Shown here one piece after another: positions 51,974-62,518 of a stretch of 64,000 nt of DNA (position 1 is its first letter; every line of letters begins with the position of its first letter). The position numbers and the translations under genes were made by a program. This DNA is from an uncultured delta proteobacterium (lineage in GTDB: Bacteria > Myxococcota > Myxococcia > Myxococcales > Myxococcaceae), in NCBI GenBank assembly GCA_963771175.1, contig CAVYSY010000031.1:160001-224000 (forward strand), read 5' to 3'. The notes below the pieces were generated by a model that did not search any database, was not told where the DNA came from, and saw only the letters and a program-made list of their open reading frames with translations.

Positions 51974-52465
51974 TCAGGAGCGACCCAGCGTGAAGAGGCG
52001 CACCGACTCTTCGAGTGGCTCCCGATAATCCGAGCCGGGGTAGCCCCGCATCCGCATGTGCATCTCGGCCTCCGTGCGGGTGCGGAAGATGTTCCACGGC
52101 CGCTTGGACATGGTCGCGACCGTGTAGAGCATCATCCGAGGGATGGGGCCGGGGATGACGCACACCACCTCCGACACCCGCTCCGCCAGCTCCCGGTCGA
52201 GCTCCTTGAACGCGTTCGCGTAGCCGATGCGCGCGTTCACCATGCCGGTGCCATCGAAGAAGAAGCAGAAGGTCCCCGGCTGCGTCTTCAGCACCTTGCG
52301 GATCTCCTCACAGAGCGCCTTGCCGTTGGCGTCGTCGCCTTGCTCGGGGTGCTTCACCATCACCAGGCAGGTCGCCAAAGGCGGAGCCTTGGCGTACGCA
52401 GCAGTCGCTCGCGTCATGGGCGATCTCTCGGGAGCCCGGGGTTCTGGCTTGGATGGAACGGGCAT
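51974..52465 (-). CDS. Hypothetical protein (possibly STAS/SpoIIAA-like)
   Basis: Alpha/beta pattern FFFDGTGM...VVCVIPGPIPRMM...IFRTRTEAE; start may be 52417. Confidence 0.5.
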   Translation of the reverse strand: MPVPSKPEPRAPERSPMTRATAAYAKAPPLATCLVMVKHPEQGDDANGKALCEEIRKVLKTQPGTFCFFFDGTGMVNARIGYANAFKELDRELAERVSEVVCVIPGPIPRMMLYTVATMSKRPWNIFRTRTEAEMHMRMRGYPGSDYREPLEESVRLFTLGRS

Positions 52466-52707
52466 GACTCCGCCATTCTAGCCGAGAGGAACGACACACG
52501 CTGGAGTCGCTTGAGTAGCGCAACTGTCGAACGCGACCAGAACGCGCTCCAGACGGAAAGATGTGACCAGAGAGGCATCGGTTTTCCGGCGTGCTCCGGA
52601 AGAGCAAGGAGAGGCGTGGCGCGAACGTGACGCACGGAGGAGAGTGGCGTGCTTGAACCCGGAATATGCGCACCATGAAGTTCACCTCTTCCCCCGGAGA
52701 GTTGCCC

Positions 52708-53565
52708 ATGCGCCTCACCATCCACGCCCTCACCCGGTCATCCCTCGCGGCCCTTTTGCTGTCGCTGGCGGCCTGCGGGCCCAGCACCATCCCGGATACA
52801 GATGAAGACCCGAGCGCCGACGCGGGCACGGGCCACGGCACCGACGCGGGCCCTGGCACTGGCTCCGGCACTGACGCGGGCACTGGCACTGGCACCGACG
52901 CGGGCACTGGCACTGGCACCGACGCGGGCACTGGCACCAGCACGATGACCTCGCGCCCGATCAGCGACTTCCGAGACGGCATCGTCACCTACTACGGGGA
53001 GGCGGACGGCACCGGGAACTGCGGCTTCGACCCCAGCCCGGAGGATCTGGACGTCGCCGCCATCATCATGACCGAATACCAGGGCAGCGCCGTGTGTGGC
53101 GCGTGCGCCGAAATCCAGGGACCCACGAGCACGATCCGGGTGCGCATCGTGGATAGCTGCCCCGACTGCACGACGGCGGGACACCTGGACCTCAGCCCCT
53201 CGGCCTTCGCGAAGCTGGCCGATCTTCCCGTCGGCCGGTTGCAGGTGAAGTGGCGGTTCGTCACCTGCCCCGTGAGTGGCCCGGTCCGCTACCGCTTCAA
53301 GGAGGGCAGCAGCCAGTGGTGGACCGGTATCCAGGTGCGCAACCACCACAAGCCCATCCGCAAGTTGGAGTGGCTGTCGTCCACCGGGTGGGTGGAGGTT
53401 CCGCGCCAGGACTACAACTACTTCATCCAGTCCAACGGCATGGGCCAGGGAGCGCTCAAGCTCCGCATGACGGCCTGGGACGGAGAGGTGCGCGAGGACA
53501 CCCTGCCCGGCATCCTGGACTCACAGGTCATCACCGGCGCCACCCAGTTCACTCCGCTCCCCTGA
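52708..53565 (+). CDS. Expansin-like (EXLX1/YoaJ-type) lipoprotein
   Basis: Lipobox LAA-C; TYY, GNCGF, CGAC, VDSCPDC, HLDLS (DPBB domain); SQWW, QVRNH and YNYF (CBM63). Confidence 0.88.
   Translation: MRLTIHALTRSSLAALLLSLAACGPSTIPDTDEDPSADAGTGHGTDAGPGTGSGTDAGTGTGTDAGTGTGTDAGTGTSTMTSRPISDFRDGIVTYYGEADGTGNCGFDPSPEDLDVAAIIMTEYQGSAVCGACAEIQGPTSTIRVRIVDSCPDCTTAGHLDLSPSAFAKLADLPVGRLQVKWRFVTCPVSGPVRYRFKEGSSQWWTGIQVRNHHKPIRKLEWLSSTGWVEVPRQDYNYFIQSNGMGQGALKLRMTAWDGEVREDTLPGILDSQVITGATQFTPLP
52819..52938 (+). repeat. 24-bp tandem repeat x~5 encoding a DAGTGTGT linker
   Basis: gacgcgggcactggcactggcacc-like units within the expansin gene. Confidence 0.85.
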
Positions 53566-53575
53566 GGGAGGAGCC

Positions 53576-54286
53576 ATGAGCAGGAAGAAGCAGAAAGACG
53601 ACGGCGGCACCTGGGCCACCATCCAGGAGAGCCTCGACGACTTCCAGCCCGCGCTTCTCGCGGCGCGCCTCCGGGAGGACCTCGTCCCGCGCATCCCGCG
53701 AGACGCCACCCGCCTGGACGAACAGACGCGCCGCGGCCTCTTCGAGGGCGTCAGCGCGCTGCTCGCCGAGCACGCGGGGGCCTGGTACACGCAGGCCGAC
53801 GTGCAGCTCGGCAACGAGGTCCTCGGCAGCTACGGCTGGCGCGACAGCTTCTTCCCCGACGAGGGCGACTCGCCCGACCTGGGCGTGGAGAGCAACCTCC
53901 AGCGCATCCTCTCCGCGCTCGGGGTGGCCCACGAGTGGCTCTGCACGCTCGACACGTACTTCCGCTCGCTGTCGCTGCCCCTGGACGAGGAGGACCGCAC
54001 GGCGGTGCTGTCGGACGCGGTGCGGCGGGTCATCGACCTCACCGCCGAGGCGACCGGCTGCGCTGAGAACTGGGACCACTACGCCCACCTGGCACTGGGC
54101 TGGTTGTGGGAGTCCCAAGGCATCCGCCGCACCGCGCGCGTGGAGCAAGCGGTACGCGAGGCCCTGGTGGACTTCACGAGCGGGTCGGCCCCCTCCGCCG
54201 ACGAGGCCCGCCAGGCCGCGGACACCATTGCCCTGGCGGCGGTGAAGGAAGACGTCTCCCGGAGCTACCCGGACAGCGGCACCTGA
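53576..54286 (+). CDS. Hypothetical protein
   Basis: GGAGGAG RBS, GC3-rich codon use, no recognised motif. Confidence 0.65.
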   Translation: MSRKKQKDDGGTWATIQESLDDFQPALLAARLREDLVPRIPRDATRLDEQTRRGLFEGVSALLAEHAGAWYTQADVQLGNEVLGSYGWRDSFFPDEGDSPDLGVESNLQRILSALGVAHEWLCTLDTYFRSLSLPLDEEDRTAVLSDAVRRVIDLTAEATGCAENWDHYAHLALGWLWESQGIRRTARVEQAVREALVDFTSGSAPSADEARQAADTIALAAVKEDVSRSYPDSGT

Positions 54287-54302
54287 TGCGCGCGCCCCCG
54301 GC

Positions 54303-54857
54303 TCAAGCGGGCAGGATGCCGAGCCGCTCGTCCCGACGCCGGAGCCAGGAGATGAGCGGCAGCGACAGCAGCACCATCCACGTCTTGCCGAGCACCTGCC
54401 CCAACAGGAAGTCGAGGCTCCCGAAGGCGAGCTGGAGGAAGAGGACGCTGTCGACGACGAGGCCCACGAGGCTGCTGGCGAGCACGGCGAGCACGAGGCC
54501 GCGCCGCTGCAGGGGCGTGTAGACGGCGAAGTCGGCCAGCTCCGAGACGGCGAAGGCTCCGCCCGAGGCGATGACGAGCGGAGGAGGAGCGAGCAGCGCC
54601 GAGAGCAGCGCGCCGACGGCGATGGCCAGCAGCGTCCAGCTCTTGCCCAGCCGGCGTTGCACCAGGTCGCGCAGCACGAAGGCGATACCGACGATGAGGA
54701 CGCCACTCGGCGCGAGGATTCCCGGCCCCACGGGGAGCAGGCAGGGGCCACTGTCCGAGCACACCGCCCCTACATGGCCGATCATCCAGTTGGAGAGCGG
54801 AATCGAGGCCCCGAAGCCCAGCAAGAAGAAGAATCCCTCGATGCGACGCCGATCCAT
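54303..54857 (-). CDS. VUT family (queuosine precursor/vitamin uptake) transporter
   Basis: FVLRDLVQRRLGK, SELADFAVYTPL, VDSVLFLQLAFG. Confidence 0.8.
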   Translation of the reverse strand: MDRRRIEGFFFLLGFGASIPLSNWMIGHVGAVCSDSGPCLLPVGPGILAPSGVLIVGIAFVLRDLVQRRLGKSWTLLAIAVGALLSALLAPPPLVIASGGAFAVSELADFAVYTPLQRRGLVLAVLASSLVGLVVDSVLFLQLAFGSLDFLLGQVLGKTWMVLLSLPLISWLRRRDERLGILPA

Positions 54858-54982
54858 TGCGACCTGCTCCACGACAAGAACCCGGGGCGCGCGCATAGCA
54901 CGTTTCCGCCGGGGTGTCAGAATGCGACCCATGAACCCCACCCGGCGCGGGCTGAGACTCCTGCTCCTGGAGCTCGGCTGAC

Positions 54983-55405
54983 ATGAGGACTTCCGAGCCG
55001 AACCTCTTCGACGACTCGCGCTGGCCCCTGCTGCTCCTGCGGCTGCCGGGAACGCTCTCCTCGCAAGGGCACGAGGCGTGCCTCTCCGCCTTCAGCGACT
55101 ACCTGCGGCGAGGGGAGAGGTTCGCGCTCCTCGTCGACCTGGTCCGGGTCGGGCTGGTGCCGCTGGATCAGCGCTGGCGGCAGGTGGAGTGGTTCTCGGA
55201 GCACGAGCAGATGCTGCGCCAGCAACTGCTCGGCACCGCCATCGTCGTCACCTCGCCCGTCGTCCGGCTGTCGATCAGCGCCATCCTGTACTTCAAGCCG
55301 CTGCCGCTCCCCGCCACCACCTTCGCCCACCTGGAGCCCGCGGAGGCCTGGGTGGCCGAGCGCATCCGGGATGCGGGGCTCACCCAGGCCAGCAAGGGAG
55401 ACTGA
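54983..55405 (+). CDS. Hypothetical protein (STAS/SEC14-like)
   Basis: DDSRWPLL...FALLVDL...GTAIVVTSPVVR...AEAWV pattern, common in myxobacterial small proteins. Confidence 0.6.
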   Translation: MRTSEPNLFDDSRWPLLLLRLPGTLSSQGHEACLSAFSDYLRRGERFALLVDLVRVGLVPLDQRWRQVEWFSEHEQMLRQQLLGTAIVVTSPVVRLSISAILYFKPLPLPATTFAHLEPAEAWVAERIRDAGLTQASKGD

Positions 55406-55417
55406 CGGCGGAGCGCG

Positions 55418-57553
55418 CTACAGCATCGGCCCCGTCGTCTCGAGCTCCTGCGTCTCCAGCAGACCCGTCTGCTTCAGCAGCGGCTGGGTGCTGGGCGCGC
55501 GGCCACGGAACTCCTGGAAGACCTCGAGCGGGTGGCGGCTGCCGCCGAGCGCGAGCACGGTGTCCCGGAAGCGCCGCCCGGTGCTGGCCACCGCCTGCGG
55601 ATTGGACAGCCCGGCCTCCTCGAAGGCGGAGAAGGCATCGGCGGAGAGCACCTCGGCCCACTTGTAGCTGTAGTAACCCGCCGCGTAGCCACCCGCGAAG
55701 ATGTGGCTGAAGCCGCAGAGGAAGCGGTCCTCCGGGAGCGGCTTGAGCACCGTGTTCTCCGCGGCCACGCGCTTCTGGACCTCGATGACACTGCCCTGCG
55801 CGGTGTCGCCCGGGACGTAGCGGTGGTGCAGCTCCAGGTCCAGCGTGGCGAAGAACACCTGCCGCAGCGTCATGGAGGCGGCGCGGTAGATGCGACCGGC
55901 GCGAATCTTGTCCTGCAGGGCCTTGGGAAGCGACTCACCGGAGTCCACGTGGCGGGCCAGGCGGGAGAGCGTGTCCTCGTGGAAGCACCAGTTCTCCATG
56001 AACTGGCTGGGCAGCTCCACGGCGTCCCACTCCACGTTGTTGATGCCCGCGGCCTCCGGGTAGTCCACGCGCGTGAGCATGTGCTGCAGACCGTGGCCGA
56101 ACTCGTGGAAGAGCGTCTCCACCTCGCGGAAGGTGAGGAGCGCGGACTTGTTGCCCACGGGCGGCGTGAAGTTGCAGACGAGGTAGGCCACCGGCAGCCG
56201 CAGGCTCCCGTCGGGCTTGCGCTTGCGGTCGAGCGCGTTGTTCATCCACGCCCCACCGCGCTTGGTGGCCGGGCGGCTGTAGGGGTCCAGGTAGAAGGCG
56301 GCGATGTCCTTGCCCGACTCGTCCGCCATGCGGAAGAAGCGGACGCTCGAGTCCCACACGGGCTCCTCGCCGTCGGCGGAGCGCACCGTGACGCCGAAGA
56401 GCCGCTTCGCGGTGTCGAACAGGCCCTCCAGCACGCGCGGCATGGCGAAGTACGGCCGGAGCTCCTCGTCGGTGTAGGCGTAGCGCTCCTCGCGCATGCG
56501 CTCGGCCCAGAAGGGCACGTCCCACAGCGCCAGCTCGAGCGAGGCGTTGCCCGTCTTGCGGCGCGCGTACTCGGTCAGCTCGGTGTTCTCCGCGCGGGCA
56601 CGGGAGACGGCGGCCCCGCGCAACTCGGCGAGCAGCTTCTCGACGGCGGGCACGTCGGGAGCCATCTTCGCCGCGAGGCTCACCTCGGCGAACGAGGGGT
56701 AGCCGAGCAGGCGGGCCTTCTCGCGGCGCAGGGTGAGGATGCGCTCGATGAGCGGATTGTTGTCCGAGTCCCCGGAGGAGGCGCGGGTGACGAAGGCGCG
56801 GTAGAGCTTCTCGCGCAACTCGGGCCGGCGCGAGTGCTCGAGGAAGGGCACATAGCTGGGGGCCTCCAGGGTGATGCGCCAGGGACCCTTCTCGGGGGTG
56901 GGCTCGGGGGCGCCCTCGGCCAGAGCCACCTTCGCCGCCTGGGCGGCCGCGGCGAGCGCGCTGGGCGGCAGGCCCTCCACCTCCTCGGACTTGGTGAGCG
57001 TCATGGACCAGACCTTGGTGGCGTCGATGACGTTGTTGGAGAAGCGGGTGGACAGCTCGGCCAGCTCGCGCTCGATGTCCTGGAAGCGCTCGCGGGCCTC
57101 GCCTTCCAGCCCCACGCCGGACAGCTCGGCGTCGCGGATGGAGGACTCGACGATGCGGTGCTGGGCCGCGTCGAGCTTCTTCCACTCCGACCCCTCGCGC
57201 AGGGCCTTGAGCGCCCGGTAGAGCGGCACGCTCTGGCCGATGCGCATGAGGGCCTCGACGACATCGCCCTCGACGGCGGAGTGGGCCTGGCGCAGCTCCG
57301 GGCTGTTCTGCACGCTCATGAGGTGGTTCACCACGCCCCAGGCCATGCCGAGCGGCTCGGTCATGGCGGACAGGCGGGCGACCGTTCCCTCCCACGTGGG
57401 CCGCACGTCGCGCTCGAGCTCATCCAGCGAGGCGTGCAGGCGCGTCAGCATCTCGCGAATGGCCGGCTCGACATGCTCCGGGCGGATGCGGTCGAACTTC
57501 GGAAGTCCTTCGGTCTGAAGCAGCGGATTGTCAGGTGTAGGGGCAGTCATCAC
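55418..57553 (-). CDS. prlC: M3 family oligopeptidase A
   Basis: NPLL, KRGGAWM, TLFHEFGHGLQH, WDAVELPSQFME, GGYAAGYYSYKWAEVL, FRGR. Confidence 0.92.
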   Translation of the reverse strand: MMTAPTPDNPLLQTEGLPKFDRIRPEHVEPAIREMLTRLHASLDELERDVRPTWEGTVARLSAMTEPLGMAWGVVNHLMSVQNSPELRQAHSAVEGDVVEALMRIGQSVPLYRALKALREGSEWKKLDAAQHRIVESSIRDAELSGVGLEGEARERFQDIERELAELSTRFSNNVIDATKVWSMTLTKSEEVEGLPPSALAAAAQAAKVALAEGAPEPTPEKGPWRITLEAPSYVPFLEHSRRPELREKLYRAFVTRASSGDSDNNPLIERILTLRREKARLLGYPSFAEVSLAAKMAPDVPAVEKLLAELRGAAVSRARAENTELTEYARRKTGNASLELALWDVPFWAERMREERYAYTDEELRPYFAMPRVLEGLFDTAKRLFGVTVRSADGEEPVWDSSVRFFRMADESGKDIAAFYLDPYSRPATKRGGAWMNNALDRKRKPDGSLRLPVAYLVCNFTPPVGNKSALLTFREVETLFHEFGHGLQHMLTRVDYPEAAGINNVEWDAVELPSQFMENWCFHEDTLSRLARHVDSGESLPKALQDKIRAGRIYRAASMTLRQVFFATLDLELHHRYVPGDTAQGSVIEVQKRVAAENTVLKPLPEDRFLCGFSHIFAGGYAAGYYSYKWAEVLSADAFSAFEEAGLSNPQAVASTGRRFRDTVLALGGSRHPLEVFQEFRGRAPSTQPLLKQTGLLETQELETTGPML

Positions 57554-57681
57554 CCACTGACGTTAGGGCAGCCGCTCGCGGTTGGCAGCAATCCCGAAGC
57601 TGGGAGTGAGGCTGGGCGTCGGGGAGTGCACGAACCCCGGAGAGCCTTGCCGCCGCCAACCAGCCGCGAAGAGGATGGGGC

Positions 57682-58645
57682 ATGAGCCCACGACGTGCAC
57701 TTCTCGTCTCCCTGCTTGGCCTCGTCCTCCTGCCCCTGGCCCCGGCCCTCGCGTGCCTGTGGGACAGCGACACGCTGAAGGAGGAGTCACTCGGCCTCCA
57801 GGAGGTGGCCGACATCGTCCAGGGGCGCATCCTCAAGCATTCGCGGACCTTCTACGAGCGAAAGGTGGCCTACACCCAGCCGCTGCTGGAGCGGGAGGAC
57901 GTGAAGCCCGAGCGCTATGACGACCTCGCGGTGGCCTACGAGAAGCTCGGCCGCATCCCGGAGGCCATTGCCACGATGGAGGCCAAGGAGAAGCGCTTTC
58001 CTGGCCTGTACACCACGGCGGCCAACCTGGGCACCTTTCATGCGCACGCGGGCGACTACCCGCGCGCACTCGAGCACCTGCGCCGGGCCCTCGCCCTCAA
58101 TCCCGAGGCCCACTTCGGTCGCGAGAAGTACCAGGTCAAGGCCATCGAATATCTGCAACGGCTGGCCGCCGAGCCCGGGGTGGTGAACAAGGAGGAGCTG
58201 CTCGGTTTGCCGATCGACTCGGAGCGTTACGTCTGGGTCATGAATCCGACGAAGAAGGCGCGCGCGGACGCGAACGTGAACGAGCCCACGCTCCCCAAGG
58301 ACGTCTTGCCGGGGCTCGCCGGGATGATCCGTTTCGGCAGCGGCGAACGCAGCCCCCACCTGTGGTTCAGCCTGGGCCTGTCGCTCGCGTGGAGCGGCCA
58401 CAAGAACCTGGCCCTCCGCGCGATGCGCCGGGCCGAGCTTCCTCGGACACCCCCTGGCGCACGAGCATGCCAAGGCGCTGATCCGGACGATCAAGGCCTA
58501 CTCCAATGGGAACAAGGACTGGAAGACCATCGGAGCCGAGCTCGATGCTGAGTGGGAGAAGAGTCAGGCCTGGGTCCAGGAGAAGCAGCGCCGGGAGGAG
58601 GCACTGCTCACCAGGGGCAAGGAGAAGCAGGTCTTCGGGTACTGA
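57682..58645 (+). CDS. Exported TPR protein, frameshift near 58440
   Basis: Signal peptide, CLWDSDTL, YDDLAVAY, ANLGTF, NPEAHFGREKYQ; shifted frame continues LGHPLAHEHAK...EKQVFGY-stop. Confidence 0.7.
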
Positions 58646-58740
58646 GCGGCCCTCGCTCGGTGCATGGACAGGCGTGGACCGGACGAGCACCCTCACTCGA
58701 CCTTGACAGGCCGCCGGGCGCACTGCTCTCACGAGAGACC

Positions 58741-60153
58741 ATGCTCGCCCTCGTCCTCGCGGCCTCGCTCGCCGCCGCCCCCGCGCCCCGCGCCGCCACC
58801 GCTTCGGAGACCGTCGTCCACATTCCCCGGCTGGACGCGCTTCAGGGCGTCACCGCCTTCCTGTCGAGGGCGGGGCAGAACGCAGCCCTGATGCGGCCCG
58901 TCGTCTGGTACGCCGAGCTGCACCCCTTCCTCTCGCTCGACCCCAGCCAGCCGGACACCCTCACCAGCGCGGGCATCGACCCCGCCGGCCCCATCACCGT
59001 CTCCCTGCGCGACAACGGCCGCATCTCCTGCACGCGCCTGAAGGACCCGAAGGCCTTCCAGCAGAAGGCCGCCGCGATGCTGGCCTCCGCCGGGAGCAAC
59101 ACGGAGGTGAAACCCACCACCGTCGGCGGAGTCACCACGGTGAGCGTCCCGCGCGAGTCCGGCGGCCGAGCCGGCTACAGTCTCAAGGGCCAGGAGGCGT
59201 GTGCCTTCGCGAGCACCGGCGGGGGCTTCACGGATGATGACCAGGGCCCGGTGCTGCTGAAGGAGACTTCGCGGCTGGTGGGCAAGGCACCCAAGCCGGA
59301 CGCGCGGCTGGCGCAACTCCCCGGAGTCCTCTACGTACTGGTGCCCAGACGCGGCATCGTGGTGGGCGTGGACGGCAGCGGCTCGGAGCTGAAGCTGGTG
59401 GGCACGGCCGCGGGGCTTCCGCTACCGCCCTTCCAGTCCTCGGGGACGAATCCCTATGGCGCGATGAAGCCCGAGGGACTCCTCTTCTCCCGTGCCCGGG
59501 TGGCGTCGGCCGGGGTGTCCCAGGCGGTGGGCAGCGTGCGCGCGAACATCCAGCAGGTGTGCCCCACCTGCCCCGCGGCCGAGGTGTCCTCGGTGGCGCG
59601 CGCGGTGGCCGAGCGCCTCACCGGCAACGTGCTGATGGTGGTGGACAGCGTGAGGTCGCGCCCCAACCTGCGCACGAATGAGGGCCGCTTCTTCGCCGCG
59701 CGGCAGGCGTTCGCCGCCGAGGTGACGGACGCCGCGGCGGTGAAGACCGCGCTCGCGCCACTGGCGAAGCTGCCCGGAGCGAAGGCGCTGGAGGACGGGT
59801 ACGCGCTGGACGTGAAGGGAGGCACCGTGCACGTCCGGCAGAAGGGCAAGCACCTCGTGGTGGGCAATGACGAGGCGGTGGCACAGTCACTCCTGGGAGC
59901 CCTGTCCCCGGAGGGTGCGAAGCTGCCGCACGCGGTGGACTTCACGGTGGACCCGAAGCGGCTGGCGCGCGGGCTGAATCAGGTGTCGCTGATGGACGTC
60001 GTCTCCAACCAGCAGCTCGCCGGCATCTTCGCCGTGGGCCTGGAGATGGGCCCGCTGCTGGCCAACAGCGAGCGCATCGTGGGCTGGCTCGACAGCACCT
60101 CCGGTGGAGCCCACCGCTTCTCCACCACCTGGACGCTGCCCGCCGCGCCCTGA
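58741..60153 (+). CDS. Exported hypothetical protein
   Basis: Signal peptide MLALVLAASLAAA; long clean ORF with GC3-rich codons. Confidence 0.7.
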   Translation: MLALVLAASLAAAPAPRAATASETVVHIPRLDALQGVTAFLSRAGQNAALMRPVVWYAELHPFLSLDPSQPDTLTSAGIDPAGPITVSLRDNGRISCTRLKDPKAFQQKAAAMLASAGSNTEVKPTTVGGVTTVSVPRESGGRAGYSLKGQEACAFASTGGGFTDDDQGPVLLKETSRLVGKAPKPDARLAQLPGVLYVLVPRRGIVVGVDGSGSELKLVGTAAGLPLPPFQSSGTNPYGAMKPEGLLFSRARVASAGVSQAVGSVRANIQQVCPTCPAAEVSSVARAVAERLTGNVLMVVDSVRSRPNLRTNEGRFFAARQAFAAEVTDAAAVKTALAPLAKLPGAKALEDGYALDVKGGTVHVRQKGKHLVVGNDEAVAQSLLGALSPEGAKLPHAVDFTVDPKRLARGLNQVSLMDVVSNQQLAGIFAVGLEMGPLLANSERIVGWLDSTSGGAHRFSTTWTLPAAP

Positions 60154-60401
60154 GGGAGAGCCACAACCCGTACGTCACGCGGGCTTGAAGGTGCCCGCCT
60201 TCCATTGCCGGAGCGTCAACTCCGCGGTGAAGCCCACCCCTCTGCCTCCAGCTCCTCCTCCTGGCCACCCTTGCCCGCACGACGGGCCAGGTGCCGAGCA
60301 CGAGCCGGCTGGTTCGTTTTCCCGCGCTTCTTCATGTTCAGCGACAGTCCGGATTTGTCGGGAGCAATCGCTAGAATGGGCGTCACCCATCGGAGGCGCT
60401 G

Positions 60402-61933
60402 ATGACGTCCACGCGGCTGGTGTTGCTGCTGCTTGCCCTGGCCATGCTGTCCAACGCCTGTGTGTCGCTGACGCCACCGCCTGGCCCGGGGCGGAGCCTG
60501 CGCTACACCCCGCACGACGCCACGGGGCCCGCGGTGGCCGAGGGGCGGGCGAGGAGCCGCCGCTCGCCCTGGCTCCCAGCCGCCCTCCCCTCCTGGGCCC
60601 GACGCACCGGAGCGGCTGCACCGTCGCCGCGGCTCCCGGGAGGCGGTGACGGGGGCCGGCCCTGGCAGCGCCGACGCGACAGTGTGGCGGAGCGCCCTCG
60701 CCGCCCACCTGGCCTTTCGCAAGGGCGTGGGCGAGGTGTCCGGCACCACCCGACGCATCTCCCGCGAGCTCTCCAGGCTCAGGGCCAGCCACTTCGGCAT
60801 CGCTGGCGCGGGCAACGGCCTCTTCGTCCCCTACGTCGATTATGGCGAAGCTCAGTTGCGGTGGATTGACGCCGAGCTTGCCGCCGCCACGGAGCTTGCC
60901 GCCGAGGCGTCGGAGGTGGAGGACCCGGACATGCAGCTCGCCCTGCTGCGCCTCGCCGGCCCACGGCTGGAGGCCGCGATGATGGGCTCCATGCTGCTGG
61001 CCGTGTGGTTTGACTTCCTCAACCTCACCGATGCCGCGCTCTCCCGGAACCTCTATGGCGTGGAGTCGCTGTACGTGAAGATGGACGACTGGCAGAAGAT
61101 GATGGAGCCGTCCATGTCGGCTCTCGCTTCCCTGCAGCCGGAACAGGTGGAGGTAGCGGCGGAGGACATGCCCGCCCTGGTAGGCCACCTCACGGACGAG
61201 TTCGCCGCACTCATCGAGGCCATTCACAAGGGGGAGAAAGTCCTCGCGACGGCGCTGGTGCTGAAGGAGTCCATGGAGGCGCTCACCACCATGTCGGTGC
61301 TGAAGTTCACGTTGCCCGCGCTGCGCGCGGCTACTCCCGCCATGCTCGGCGCGAGCCTCATGGCGGGCCCCAACGGGGTGATGATGGGGACGCGGATTGT
61401 GGTGTCCGCCGAGTGGGTGGAGATGATGCGCCAGTTGGTGCGCGCGGGCGTCCTCTCCCTGCCCGCCGTCAGCGCCGCGGTGCGGATTCAGGCCGGCCAG
61501 GTGATGATGGCGCAGGGGCACGGCGACCTCCCACGGGGCGTGCGCGACGCGCTGGGCGATGCGCCCGAGGTGCGGGCCTTGCGCGTGACGGGCAAAGCGG
61601 GGGCCGGTATGGCCGAGCGCCCTCGTCACCACGTCATGCCGAAGGAGTTCCGCGAGTGGTTCGAGAAGCGCGGCTTCACCGGCAAGATGGATATCAACAA
61701 GTTCTGCGTCACGCTGCAGCAGGCGCACCACCAGGCAATTCACGGTGGTGGAAACTGGAAGCTGGGGCGCACATGGCCCGGTGAATGGAACCGAATGATT
61801 ATGAAGGCGCTGCGCGACGCCGAGGTTGAAGCCGGCCGGATGTTGACGCGGAACGAGATCCTGGAAATCGTCGCGAGTACATGAAGGAGTACAGACTCCC
61901 GATGAACTTCGTCCGCAGTGGAGAGGACCATGA
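60402..61933 (+). CDS. DUF2380 lipoprotein polymorphic toxin (SitA-like), frameshifts near 60545, 61875 and 61915
   Basis: Lipobox LSNA-C; C-terminal PRHHVMPKEFREWF...DINKFCVTLQQAHHQAIHGGG...EWN; probable stop overlaps the next ATG (ATGA 61930-61933). Confidence 0.75.
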
Positions 61934-62401
61934 GCGACGGACGTGCTTGGGAGGGCAACGTCAAAGCGCGCCTGTATGAGCGCGTGCGCCAGCGTGGTTA
62001 TGATTCGCTCACCGCCTTCGCCGAGGCGCGCCCCACCGCTTCGCTATTGGAACTGGCGGATGAGCTTGGTCCTGATGACATCGCAGCAGTGCAGCTGTTC
62101 AGCGGGCTTGGTGGCCGAGGCGGAGCGTAGCCGTCGGGTCACACGGTTGGTGCGCGGTCAGCTCGTGCGCGAGCTGGCCGAAGCACTCCCGAACGGCTGG
62201 CCGGACGTGCTGGACGATGCGACCCGCTTCAAGGTTGCCGTGGCACTCGCCCGTTGGGGGACCTACACCCCAGAAACTCATGAACAGCACGTCGAGCGGG
62301 CCAAGGCAGCGCTTCGCGCTTCTCCACCACCACCCGGCTGGCGGCCTCTCGGGCCCGACGACGAATTGCTGCTCACGCTCCTGCCTGACGAAACAGTCTA
62401 G
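61930..62401 (+). CDS. Putative cognate immunity protein (myxobacterial family often auto-annotated as NUDIX hydrolase), frameshift near 62105
   Basis: MSDGRAWEGNVKARLYERVRQRGYDSLTAFAEARP...PPPPGWRPLGPDDELL; translationally coupled to the toxin; lower GC3. Confidence 0.65.
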
Positions 62402-62457
62402 CCCCAAGCCTTGGTCGAGCCGGGCCCCGCGCTGACAGCGCCTACTACGGGAACGGT

Positions 62458-62518
62458 ACTTCTGGACGTCCAGAAGTCACACACATCCCCCTACATCACT
62501 TCTGGACGTCCAGAAGTG
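62458..62518. repeat. Two copies (40-bp period) of the perfect palindrome ACTTCTGGACGTCCAGAAGT
   Basis: Copies at 62458-62477 and 62498-62517; the second extends to 22 bp (62497-62518). Confidence 0.9.

Noticed and set aside
54858..54982. preQ1 riboswitch upstream of the VUT transporter
   Set aside because: No recognisable hairpin plus A-rich tail; an Rfam scan would be needed to exclude it fully.
62458..62518. Palindrome-spacer-palindrome as a mini-CRISPR
   Set aside because: Only two 20-bp repeats with a 20-bp gap, fully palindromic, and no cas genes.
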